This document shows positions 18,423 to 29,100 of a DNA stretch of 64,000 nucleotides, piece after piece. Source of the DNA: Tetramitus jugosus (Eukaryota; Protista; Heterolobosea); contig OW569392.1 in NCBI GenBank assembly GCA_937625935.1, forward strand, positions 62,001 through 126,000, in the 5' to 3' direction. The number at the start of each line of letters is the position of its first letter. The first letter of the stretch is position 1. The translations under genes were made by a program, and so were the position numbers. A model generated the notes under the pieces. It did not search any database, was not told the origin of the DNA, and was given only the letters and a program-made list of their open reading frames with translations.

Positions 18423-21400
18423 ATGGCAACCCTAAGTAGACAAAACTACACAGAATCGGACTCTGATTCTGAAGATGATGACTTGCAGTACACTTCATCT
18501 ATCCATAGCAATAACAATGAAAATGATAATGATAATGATGATGATATTGGTATGGATCATCAATCGTCATCACCGTCGTCATTGTTTTCTACACAAAATT
18601 TAACCAAGGAAGTTCTCATGGTATCTACGGGTGATGAAATTCGGTTCACTCGTTCACTCTATGGATCCATTATGAACGATACAGATGAAACAGGACGACT
18701 AGGACAAGAAGATGATGAAAAATTGAAAAATTCGAATTTTATTAATGGAAATCTTCAGTTTGAACCGATTGATAATGATGAAATGATTGAAACTGGTGGT
18801 GAAAATGAAAGAAGACACGATGAATATTCAAATATGGAAGAAAACATGGAGTATGGTGAGGTATATACGTTTCCAGTGGAAATTCAAACTGAAGATTACA
18901 TGAAATTTTTGACGGAGAATGATAAGGAAAAACTGGAAGAAGCAAATGATGCACCTATGCCTTCAGTTGTACAGTATCCAACCATTTCTCATCATCATCA
19001 TCATCATAATAGTCAAAGTAGAGTTCATTATGATGACAACGCATTAGATGATGGTGATGTGATTGAATTTTCATCTTCGGACATGTATCCAGATGTTCGA
19101 GCACATCAGGAAAATATTTTGAACATGTTGTGTGGAGACACTGAAGAAGAACAAGCCGAAGAAAATGTTCGAATGGATACGGGCGTGGATGCTGATCATT
19201 TGAACGAATCATCATTGTCATCGCCTTTGATGGATGATGTGAGTAGCGAATCGTTTTGTGTGATTGATAGGGACGAGACAGGAGACCTTGTATATAAGAC
19301 GGAGAAGGAGTATGATGAGCTGAATCAAATGTATAGCATATGTACGAACTATACTTCATTTAAAACATTTGAGCACTTGTTTCAATTTGAAACTGTGGAC
19401 GAGATATCGGAAGAGATGGAGGATTTTTTCCATACGTTGTGCACGTGTGAAGCCCAAGCTCCTTATTTGAATGGATTTTTGTTGAATGAGCACGAGATTT
19501 TGCAAAGCTTCAAGTCACAAGAGTACAGTAATGGCGATGACCGTCCTGATAGTTCATTTTCAATCAATCATTCTGGCTCGTTCTATGATTTGATGAAAAA
19601 ATATTATGATGGTTTGATACATAAGGCGATTCCAGCATCCGCGAAGTGGGAGGATCAAAAAGAGTTAACCAAGAAGTGGACAGATCATCCATATGAGCGA
19701 TTTTACTCACTTTCATCCAAAACGTTTGAGTCTCCAGCTTGCTATTGTATCGATAAGAAAAGACTCACAAAGAAGATTCAAGTAACAATAGCCAACTTGA
19801 ACAACAAGGAGCTAAGTGATTTTAGGGATGAATTGGAGCGGGCGCGTGAATTTTTCTCCAAGCAACTTTATTCCGCAGAGTGCTCATTCACTTGTTGTAA
19901 ATTGGCTGTTAATCATTTTATACAAACAGTAGTGGCAAAGAGAGACGATAGAGGCCTTCGTCAATGTATATCTATATTGTTCGAATTCGAAAGATTGACT
20001 CATTCAGGTTCGGAGCAAGAGAAAGATGAAGACGACTACATGGTTCGTTTTAGAAATCATGTTCGGATGTGCACTCGAAAGTGTGTCGCTTCATTGTTAA
20101 AGGAGTCCACGAATGTGGATGATCACAGATTCATTATATTTAATGTGGTTCAAACGAAGCATGTCTCTCAATGGGGATCCGAGTTTCTCCAGATATCCGA
20201 CATGAAGAACGATCAATGCGTCGACGTGTTTTTAGCTGAACTGTCCATGTATTTGACACCAGTTTTCGATCCACAATCAAATCAGTTGATACTCACAGAA
20301 GAGGATTATATTAAGCTCTGGGAACAAATTCCATTCTTTGATTTTGCAGATTATCTATTAGTCAAGTCAAAGAGAATATATGGATCAAGTTTTACCTCGT
20401 GGCTCATAACATTTAACGTAATGGAAACCACATTGTACATTCTATCGAAAGCCCTTCAACTATTTAATATTGATACTCACAAAAATTTCGCCAGACGAAT
20501 AGGACACACCATTGTGCGTTATGTCCAGATATGCACTTGTATTTTGTTTGACGATTCCGTCATGCGAGAGAATATCGAGCACTCTGCGCAGATTAATCAA
20601 TTGTACGATAACTTCTTTGTGAAGAGCTTCTATTCATTGCTGAGAACAAACGTAGAGCTTGGTCTTTGGTCATTCTTAATTCAGCTGCCATACGATCATT
20701 TGTCGCAATATACAATAGCAGCTCTATTTTACAATGTATTGACCATCAATATGGATGATGTGAAGGATATCACATTCTCTTCAATGATTAGTTTTAAGGA
20801 TTGGAATCAGTTTGTGCAGGAGAGTTCGCTTCGTATTCACTTTGCGAAGCAAATTGGAGATTTGGAGAATAGGAACAAGGTATCTTCTCCATGGTTCTAC
20901 ATTCTTCCTGTCGTTGCAAAGATAGCTAGCTATTCATCGTCGATTAATTTTGCAGCGATCATAGCACAGGAGCTATTCCTTGTTGGTTTCATTAATCAAG
21001 AGACCAGACAAATGTATTATAGGGATGTATGTACAGCGATATCGAGAATTTGCGATCGACATGTAGATATTTTGTCGATGCTCATTACTCTCATGGATCA
21101 ATTTTCAAAGAATAATCAACAACACAAGGCATATATTCATTTGTTCAAGTCGTGTGTCATGCAGATTAGACGCTGGGAGCCCAGCATCAGTGACATACAG
21201 ATTCTTTCAGAATGGTTGCAACATCCACTTGACTCAGTCATGTTTCGGGCAGCAACCTTGATCATCGAGAATTTGTCATGGCCTAGAGAGCAGTCCAATG
21301 CGTTTGTAATCTCGAGTTTCACACAGAGAAGTATCTGTTTATCTGTAGTTGAGGCGCTCAATTTTCATACAAGTAAGAACCCGAAGAGAGGATGGTTACG

Positions 21401-24400
21401 AGGCAACCTGGGTAATCATGTTTCATTTGAAGAGTTCTGCTTGAAGATTGTATTTCAGGCAAAGCTACAAACAAGCACTGGCGTGCCATTTATCAATTTT
21501 GAGAGCATGTCTCATCCATCATTAAGTATCATCTATCAGAATTCATGCCGAGCAGCGAATGAGACGACTGTACTTACCACGATATCTTGTTATCTGATGC
21601 TGCTGTTAGCGGATGAGTGCGGCGACTTTTCCAGAATGAAGAGCGAAACCAATATAGTACGTTGTATGGAGCAGGTGATTCGAGAGAGTCCCCCTGTTGG
21701 AATAAGATTCTTCATTGAGTTGGGTAGCAAGTTCTGTACCTCGACTACTGATATTGAAGATGAACAGTTGACTCAGTGTTTCGAAATATTGAATCAACAG
21801 GAGATGCATGCATCATACTTTAGTGCAGTGAGTAAGATGGTCTCTCGCAATCAGGTTGGATATGTAACAAAGAAGTTTGTACAGGCAGTTGACAGAATAA
21901 TGGAGAGTGATTATGATAGATCTCTCATCTCACTATTCTGGATAAAGCAGGTTACACGTATACCAAAGTGGTGGGAGAACGAGAATTATTCGTACATTGC
22001 TGACAAGATATGTATGAACTTAATACTTAAGCAATTGATCAACCAAGAAGTTGGTTCAGCTCTCCTCGCAAATATGCCCAACTGGTGCATTGCGGAAAAG
22101 GCTCCAACAGCTTTCCTCTTTTTTGATGGAAGAGACAAGTTCTTTCCAAAGGGAGTGTTTGATCGATTAACTTATGAGAAGAACCGTCCGTATCTAGCTT
22201 TGATGTTTTCATTAGCCAAGATTCAGGAGGAGAGCATTCTTCGAATGAGAGTTTATGACAGTTTGCACAAGTCTTCATCGACCAGTATGCAGTTTATCCA
22301 CTACAACATGGAGCAAAAGAAATCTATTTTGTTGCAGGTCCTAAAGTCGACTGACTCGCAACCTCATGATTTTGTTATCTATCGTCTGCTAGTGTTTGCT
22401 GTTCGTTATTCTCAAGATATCTTGGCGATGGAGAAGAAATCACAAGAGAGAAAAGAATTCATCCATGCATATGTTCACACCTCTCTACCTATATTCTGGC
22501 AACTATTCTTCTCTCTGTACTTTGAAGCATTTCAGGTAGGACAGGATCGTTTGCTCTATGGATCAACCTTCTTGGGTATTGATACCGAGGAGACTTTCTT
22601 GAGGAGAGTGAGTGAATTATTGAAGGATCTGAGCGTTTATTACGCAAAATCTGCCAACAAAAGCTCCACAGGCGATCCAGTAGTCAGCAGATTAGCATCT
22701 CTTTATCAGACAATGAGTTACTGGTTGAGCCCTGAGATGGAGTTCTCTCTGTCTCTAAATCAGGTGAGCAGATTGCCTACAAAATTTGATCCAAAGTTGT
22801 TGGATTCTCTCATTCATCGTGCTAGTATATGGTATGATACAATCGATATGAAACACCTTAACAACTCACAAGATATTCAAGAGCTCGATAGCGTGTTTCC
22901 CAAAACTGGAATTTCAGTATCTTCCACTACACCTATTGCACAGGTTCTCGATTTGGAGAGTCTAAAGAAACAAGAAAGTAATCTTATCCAACATCCAGCC
23001 TTTGATGAAAACATTGTGGAGGTTCGATCGAATACTAGTTTTAAGTTGAACAAGTTCTTGACTGGGCTGAAAGATGTGAACAAGGAATACCAAGCTCTGA
23101 TCGATTCCACACGAACTCTTGATCAACAATATATTGAGGGTGCAAAGAAGCTCATTCGAAACGTTCAACAACAAATGAAAGTCTCCATTAAGTGTGGTGT
23201 CATGTGTAAAGGAGCAGGGTATGCAGAATTTCATGCACTTTCTATGAAGAAAGATGAAAACATATATTTACTGATGGCTCGGAATAGAGTGAACTGGTTG
23301 AAGTATATGCAGTGCCAGTCGTTGTCACACGCTAGAGATTCTGCTTGTTCAGCAATTATTGATCTTGCATCTACGATCGAATTCATGATGGAGCGTGATC
23401 AAAAGGATGGTTGCGTAGATATTTTCTTCCAGTTATTATCCAATTTCGAAGTAATCGTACAGCAATTTCCTCCAATCAAAGATCCTCTATTTTATCATTT
23501 GTTGAAACCGATAGCGGATACCATTGTGAAGAATAATCGAGCATACACTCGCGACTTTATGAATATCATCCTGAAAAGCAACGTAGAGCAACGTATCTAC
23601 TGGTTTGCAGATCTTTTCGATCCAATGTGTTGTAGTCAACAATGGGATGCATTATTATCAATACTTGGTTCATATGTAGACGATTACAAGCTTCCGCTTG
23701 TATACCCTCTAATTGCACGGTTTGATAAGAAGAAGTGGTTAACGCTTCATCCCGATATGAGCGAACAAAAGCTCCATAGCTACTTGAAGTTATGTGTTAA
23801 GATCTGTTTAAGGAGGGGTGTCACATCCGAATCGAAACCACATTTAGCCGAGCAAGAGAACCTGGCGTTTAAGTTTTTCTTGGATTTCTTGTCGGACATT
23901 GTTCTCCTGCATGGAAACTTTGAAACGTATTATCAACTCCTTCAGAGTACCTTGGATCAATCCACCAGTTCAGCCAAAGTGTTACCTGGCGTATTGGATT
24001 TGTTGAATCTTACAAGTTTATGTTTTAGGAACAAGTCACTAACTTTTGATGAGCTCTGTCGTGTGTTTGGATTGCTTGAGAACGCGCTCAATCAAATCAG
24101 AACAAACACTAAGAAATATGTATATACTTACTTTGGCCTTTCTGCCGTGGAGAGTCTATTAGAGGTGATCGCTGCTGCAGCCAAAAGTACTCACATTCAG
24201 GTCAAGAACGAAGAAGCTGTTCACTCGTTCTTCACACTTTTATGCACATTATTCAAGCATTTTGTATTCCAGGCAGACGAACAATATCCATTCAATCTTG
24301 AAGCCAATCCAGTGCCTCCTGAAGCAACATTGGCATTCCAATATTTCCTGGGTATCCTGGATCATTTCAGATCTCCACTCATGCAAAACGAAGTTTGGAA

Positions 24401-26141
24401 ATTGTTTATTTCACAACATTTAGTGAAAAGCAATCCCAGATATTTAAGCTTCCTGATGGATAACTTGTTGAACTCTAGTTGGGATCTTCTGGAAATTAAC
24501 AATATGGACCAATTACACTTGATGATTAGCATGATGAGACCATCGAATTCTCTCATTTCTGAACCTGAAAGAGAATTGTTGTCCGACATTGTCTCTCGTA
24601 TCCAATGGCCTAATGTAGATTTCTTTTATGGAAATGACGAGGAAGCAATGGAGTATCACAAATTGCTCTCTACTTTGTTTGCTCAAGTGATCATTAGAAA
24701 CAACAAGGATAGGAATGAGAGGATATTGAATTGCATTGCGGTTATTAAGTGGGCAGAGAACGTGTCTCCTGAAGTGTTTAATGCCATACTACAGGAGTAT
24801 ATAACACTGATGATGGAGTTTAATATCAAGATGAAGGACAGTGCACAGGTTTCCATTGATTGTCTCTTCCAGATTCTACAGGGTTTTGTTCAGCCAGAAG
24901 AGAGAAGATCCATCGGTTTTAACATTGATGGCAACCCAAATCGATATATGGATACCAAAGCTACCAAGAATGCCATTCTCATTGTTTACATGAAGTTCCT
25001 GTTACATCTATTCTCACTCATTCTTTCAAAGAAGGATCACGATGGCGAGTTATACATTTACCTCGACCAAAACAAAGAGGGACTCTACCAATATTGTGTC
25101 TCAATGGTTATCCAACAGCCAGACTCCACGGATCTGTTGGTTGAAATGGTCAAGGTGTTCAACGTATGCCAGATTCAACTGCCTGCATTCGCTCCTCTCA
25201 ATCAACTTGTCCTGAAATCAATTATGCATGAGAACGATTCAGAGCTTTGTCTAAGAGTGCTTTCTATTGGTTGTCAAATCGTGGGACTGAGTGATCAGTT
25301 AGCTATTTTGTCCGAAGCATGTATTCGAGTTCTTATTGAAGGGGAGTCAATACGAAGTATGCAAGCTCCAACTGATTGGGTTCGAGTCGCAGAAGCACTA
25401 ATGTTTAACGATGTCGCTCATGAGAGTTTCATTTCAAGTTGTGTCAAACAAGGCTGTGTCTGCTCTTTGTATGCCATTGCACAGAAGGAGCTTGTATTCG
25501 GTAGAGATCTGTTGAGCATTCTAACTGTGATTAATTCATGGATCAGAAGCATCGACATGTTGAATAAGAATCAGATTGTGCTCATGTCCTTGCAGAAACA
25601 GGCATTGAAAGTACATGCACATGAACATCAAGATGATTATTTCGCTTTGTTGCTAAAGCTTCATTTGGATTTGATGAAAATAGACAATAGATCGTCGATG
25701 AAGCTCAACGCTGGTGACATGATTGCTTTTGTGGAAGCTCTCATCAAGATTTATTCTGGAGAATCACAGTCCACCTGGTCTGCCATCTCTCAATGGTTCG
25801 TTGCTCAGTGGTCCTCTTCAGAGAACGAAGATGCCAATCTGAAGAAGTTCAGCAAACACAGCCAGTTCATGCGATTCTTGTGCATCATTCTGGCAACATT
25901 CCTTGCTAAGAAATTGCCTTTGAGTTCCACAATGCTAATGGGACCAGTTTCTGAGAATCCGAAATGGGCAACTCTTCCACAGATCTCAGCACTCAACAAG
26001 TATCTTGTGGATGTTGCCAAGCAAGGAGAACAAGCAGGAGAAGCAGTGAAAGTAGTCAGAGCATTCATGGATGATGAAACAAAACACGTGGGACACTCAT
26101 CAGAACTGTTTGACCAAATAGTGAAATTCTTGGAGAAATAA
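18423..26141 (+). CDS. EPG5: Ectopic P granules protein 5 homolog (autophagosome-lysosome tether)
   Basis: About 2570-aa helical protein with EPG5-like motifs DDHRFIIFNVV...VSQWGSEFLQI, ILTEEDYIKLWEQIPF, WEPSISDIQILSEWL, LPIFWQLFFSLY and C-x3-C-x-GA. The first ATG is at 18423 (the track starts at TTG 18336). Confidence 0.8.
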   Translation: MATLSRQNYTESDSDSEDDDLQYTSSIHSNNNENDNDNDDDIGMDHQSSSPSSLFSTQNLTKEVLMVSTGDEIRFTRSLYGSIMNDTDETGRLGQEDDEKLKNSNFINGNLQFEPIDNDEMIETGGENERRHDEYSNMEENMEYGEVYTFPVEIQTEDYMKFLTENDKEKLEEANDAPMPSVVQYPTISHHHHHHNSQSRVHYDDNALDDGDVIEFSSSDMYPDVRAHQENILNMLCGDTEEEQAEENVRMDTGVDADHLNESSLSSPLMDDVSSESFCVIDRDETGDLVYKTEKEYDELNQMYSICTNYTSFKTFEHLFQFETVDEISEEMEDFFHTLCTCEAQAPYLNGFLLNEHEILQSFKSQEYSNGDDRPDSSFSINHSGSFYDLMKKYYDGLIHKAIPASAKWEDQKELTKKWTDHPYERFYSLSSKTFESPACYCIDKKRLTKKIQVTIANLNNKELSDFRDELERAREFFSKQLYSAECSFTCCKLAVNHFIQTVVAKRDDRGLRQCISILFEFERLTHSGSEQEKDEDDYMVRFRNHVRMCTRKCVASLLKESTNVDDHRFIIFNVVQTKHVSQWGSEFLQISDMKNDQCVDVFLAELSMYLTPVFDPQSNQLILTEEDYIKLWEQIPFFDFADYLLVKSKRIYGSSFTSWLITFNVMETTLYILSKALQLFNIDTHKNFARRIGHTIVRYVQICTCILFDDSVMRENIEHSAQINQLYDNFFVKSFYSLLRTNVELGLWSFLIQLPYDHLSQYTIAALFYNVLTINMDDVKDITFSSMISFKDWNQFVQESSLRIHFAKQIGDLENRNKVSSPWFYILPVVAKIASYSSSINFAAIIAQELFLVGFINQETRQMYYRDVCTAISRICDRHVDILSMLITLMDQFSKNNQQHKAYIHLFKSCVMQIRRWEPSISDIQILSEWLQHPLDSVMFRAATLIIENLSWPREQSNAFVISSFTQRSICLSVVEALNFHTSKNPKRGWLRGNLGNHVSFEEFCLKIVFQAKLQTSTGVPFINFESMSHPSLSIIYQNSCRAANETTVLTTISCYLMLLLADECGDFSRMKSETNIVRCMEQVIRESPPVGIRFFIELGSKFCTSTTDIEDEQLTQCFEILNQQEMHASYFSAVSKMVSRNQVGYVTKKFVQAVDRIMESDYDRSLISLFWIKQVTRIPKWWENENYSYIADKICMNLILKQLINQEVGSALLANMPNWCIAEKAPTAFLFFDGRDKFFPKGVFDRLTYEKNRPYLALMFSLAKIQEESILRMRVYDSLHKSSSTSMQFIHYNMEQKKSILLQVLKSTDSQPHDFVIYRLLVFAVRYSQDILAMEKKSQERKEFIHAYVHTSLPIFWQLFFSLYFEAFQVGQDRLLYGSTFLGIDTEETFLRRVSELLKDLSVYYAKSANKSSTGDPVVSRLASLYQTMSYWLSPEMEFSLSLNQVSRLPTKFDPKLLDSLIHRASIWYDTIDMKHLNNSQDIQELDSVFPKTGISVSSTTPIAQVLDLESLKKQESNLIQHPAFDENIVEVRSNTSFKLNKFLTGLKDVNKEYQALIDSTRTLDQQYIEGAKKLIRNVQQQMKVSIKCGVMCKGAGYAEFHALSMKKDENIYLLMARNRVNWLKYMQCQSLSHARDSACSAIIDLASTIEFMMERDQKDGCVDIFFQLLSNFEVIVQQFPPIKDPLFYHLLKPIADTIVKNNRAYTRDFMNIILKSNVEQRIYWFADLFDPMCCSQQWDALLSILGSYVDDYKLPLVYPLIARFDKKKWLTLHPDMSEQKLHSYLKLCVKICLRRGVTSESKPHLAEQENLAFKFFLDFLSDIVLLHGNFETYYQLLQSTLDQSTSSAKVLPGVLDLLNLTSLCFRNKSLTFDELCRVFGLLENALNQIRTNTKKYVYTYFGLSAVESLLEVIAAAAKSTHIQVKNEEAVHSFFTLLCTLFKHFVFQADEQYPFNLEANPVPPEATLAFQYFLGILDHFRSPLMQNEVWKLFISQHLVKSNPRYLSFLMDNLLNSSWDLLEINNMDQLHLMISMMRPSNSLISEPERELLSDIVSRIQWPNVDFFYGNDEEAMEYHKLLSTLFAQVIIRNNKDRNERILNCIAVIKWAENVSPEVFNAILQEYITLMMEFNIKMKDSAQVSIDCLFQILQGFVQPEERRSIGFNIDGNPNRYMDTKATKNAILIVYMKFLLHLFSLILSKKDHDGELYIYLDQNKEGLYQYCVSMVIQQPDSTDLLVEMVKVFNVCQIQLPAFAPLNQLVLKSIMHENDSELCLRVLSIGCQIVGLSDQLAILSEACIRVLIEGESIRSMQAPTDWVRVAEALMFNDVAHESFISSCVKQGCVCSLYAIAQKELVFGRDLLSILTVINSWIRSIDMLNKNQIVLMSLQKQALKVHAHEHQDDYFALLLKLHLDLMKIDNRSSMKLNAGDMIAFVEALIKIYSGESQSTWSAISQWFVAQWSSSENEDANLKKFSKHSQFMRFLCIILATFLAKKLPLSSTMLMGPVSENPKWATLPQISALNKYLVDVAKQGEQAGEAVKVVRAFMDDETKHVGHSSELFDQIVKFLEK

Positions 26142-26146
26142 ATAAT

Positions 26147-29100
26147 TTATTGTGAGTTCATCCTGAAGAATAGACTTGGTCTTAAATCTTGAATTTTGTT
26201 TGCAAGTGTTGTCGTGACAATGTTGGCAGTCTTCAGTGTAGCATTGATACAAATGTCGACTTCATCAATAGGGATCGATGATTTTGAACTTGGACGTTCA
26301 GTGTTCGGTTCATTCGTGGTTGTAATTTCAGGTTGAGGTCGAATTGGCAATGCTTGCTTGCGTTGTGGACTTGCAGATCGTGCAACCGATACATATGATG
26401 CTTGCTGCGTCGTGTTCTTATTGGCAAACACCATGAATCCGCAATATTTACATTTGTTGAGCTGCCACATTGGAGTCCTATGATCATCATTTACCTCATT
26501 GATCACCACAGTTTCATGTGGAACTGTATGTTCTCTGACATCGAATGGATCCAATAGAACCTTTTCTCTTGTGGTGAAGCCCATGTTCAAATGCTTGCCC
26601 TCATAAAAGTAGAGAAGCTTCATTTCTTGGAGGAAACTTGGCCAAGTTTTAAGAGGGGAGATCTCGTCCTTGATGTTTGAACCAGAAACACGATAGAGAT
26701 AGAATGGAGAAACCACACCAACGACGCACACTCCACACAGACACTGATACCAGTGAATTGTGTCAGGGCCGTTGCTATTACCTCCCTTCAACAACAAATT
26801 GGCTGAGTCGTGAGAAATACTAGCGCAGTGCAGCCTTCTCTTGACTTGCCTAATCTTTTGGTAGGAGTGGTTCGGAGTTTGAATCAGAATGTCACTTTGG
26901 GGCGATGATTCACTTGTAGGTGATTTCGCGATGGATGTCAGGGTTACACCCTCCATAATTGCCTTATTGATACTCTGCTGTTGTTGAATACGAAGAAGGA
27001 AATGAAGGAAGTGAGTCAAGATCTCAGGACGCAAGGCTGGGCGATGATTCTTCACACTCAAATATGCTTCATAACTCGAAATATTGTACGTATTCATCAG
27101 GAACAACACTGCAAACAAACCACCTCTGCTCAATCCCTTTCCACTATAAATCATTACTCGACCTCGCTTCTTGATTGCATCCTTTACAAACTCAAATGCA
27201 GATTGGTACTCAATGTAAGCCTGTGTAGGATTATCGGAAATGTGATGCTTCAAGCTCATGTAGAAGAAATTGTTCTCAAACTTTGAAATCAATTGTTTCT
27301 GTTTCAGCAGGTTGCCAGTGTTGCGTGCAAACGCATCAGTTGGATGCGTTACACTACAATTGATCACGTGAGTAATACCGAGACGATTCAAGAGACTCTT
27401 GTCACCGGCAATGTCCTCTGACACGATGAACAGTCGATTCTTGATAATCGCAGTAGCCTTTCTAATGTAGAACATGATATCGCTCTTGTGCCAGACGTAG
27501 GTATGGAGAGGCAGTGCAGCATTTGTACTTTCCTTAGGCTTATCCTTGGCAGACTTTGGTGCAGTCGCAGAAACAGGGGTCTTTGGTCTAGCAGATAGAG
27601 AATTCAAAGTACCAGGAGACTTATTGGTTGCGTTGAAGAGTAATGGTGAGAAGCTGGTCCTCAATGCATTGGGTTGAGGAGTAACTGACTTGCGTCTCTG
27701 AGTGTGAGGTGTAGCTAGATCATACATGTAGTCATCTGGCTCTTCATTCTTACTCGAAGCATATGAGTTGGTGTCATCATCATCTTGAATTTTTGGCTCT
27801 TCCCATTCAACACCATTCTTCATCATCTGCAACAGCTTGTCTCGAGAAGGAATCATTCTTTGCCATGACGAGTACTTGGCCAAGATATCAGCGATCGAAG
27901 GTCTTCTGACAGGATCTCTGATGAGGATATAGATGAGAACATCCATCAATAGAGAGTTATAGTTAATCTTCATGTATCGTTCTTGAGAAATCAAAGTTTT
28001 GTTTTCGTCAGTTACAATCATGAAGAAGTTGGTGAAGTCTTCAGCATCGAACAAAAACTCGCCTGATAGCAACTCATAGAAGAGGCAACCCAATGACCAA
28101 ACATCACTGGCACTATTAGCGCCCACCTTTCTTCTTCTGTCATAGAACTTGCTAGTATTATTCATCATTTCAATCTTCAACATTTCAGGACTCTTGATAC
28201 AATCAGTACCTCTGTGTCTTGTTGTGTAACCGTCATCTTCGTGCTCTCTAGAATAGACATAACTCTCGCCAAAGTCACCAATTGCCATCTCGAAGCATGG
28301 AGTATCAGTGGTATGATTAAAGAATTCCTCTTCATCGATACCATCATATGGATCAATGAAAATATTGTCACACTTAATATCAAAGTGATTCACATTGTTA
28401 TCAGACAAGAATTTAAATGCTTCCAACAGCCTCTTGAAAATGTTCAGGTAGAGCGGCATGTTCAAAGCCAGAGGAGTCTTTTGTTTTCCACGCCATTTCT
28501 TCAAACTGCACTTATACTCCTTCATTACAATATAATAGTAATCATTGTCGAGACCATAGTCATACAGACGACAAATTCTCGAGTCTGCCTTGAACTTCTC
28601 CATGATTAAAATTTCGTTAAAGATGTTATAGAGCAGGCAAGGTCCATCGATAGATGAGGGAACTTTTAGCAACTTGACAGCAACACGTCTAACTGTAGAG
28701 TGTTTGAATCTGAGCTCGCATCGCCAAACATCTCCAAAGGCACCAAATCCAATACGCTTTTGTCTCTGTGAATATAATTGAGGCTCAAAGAGCTTTCTGC
28801 AAAGTAACTTTAAGAGAATTCTGGCACCTAAGCCCATCTGTGTCATGACCATATCATGCAACTTTGGAACGATTGTCTCATTGGATTGATCATTAATATG
28901 ATAGTGTAACATGTATGGAATGTTCAGCATATTCTTCATCAATGGGAACTGATCACAATATCTAGCATCCAACGCATCATGTTTCGTAATTAGCAAAGAT
29001 ATTAGCAAGCCAAGAACAGCGACATGCAAATCTTCGTCATGATACAACTTTCTGTTCTTTCTTTCTTCATTGAAGAATTGAGACTCTCCATTGAGCAAGA

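Noticed and set aside
15867-27145. A non-standard genetic code (Ser codon read as Cys) explaining the two Cys-to-Ser active sites
   Set aside because: The two sites use different codons (TCA and AGT) and neighbouring catalytic residues are also changed. An intact enzyme nearby (HCSAGCHR) uses normal TGT/TGC, and TAA, TAG and TGA all act as stops.
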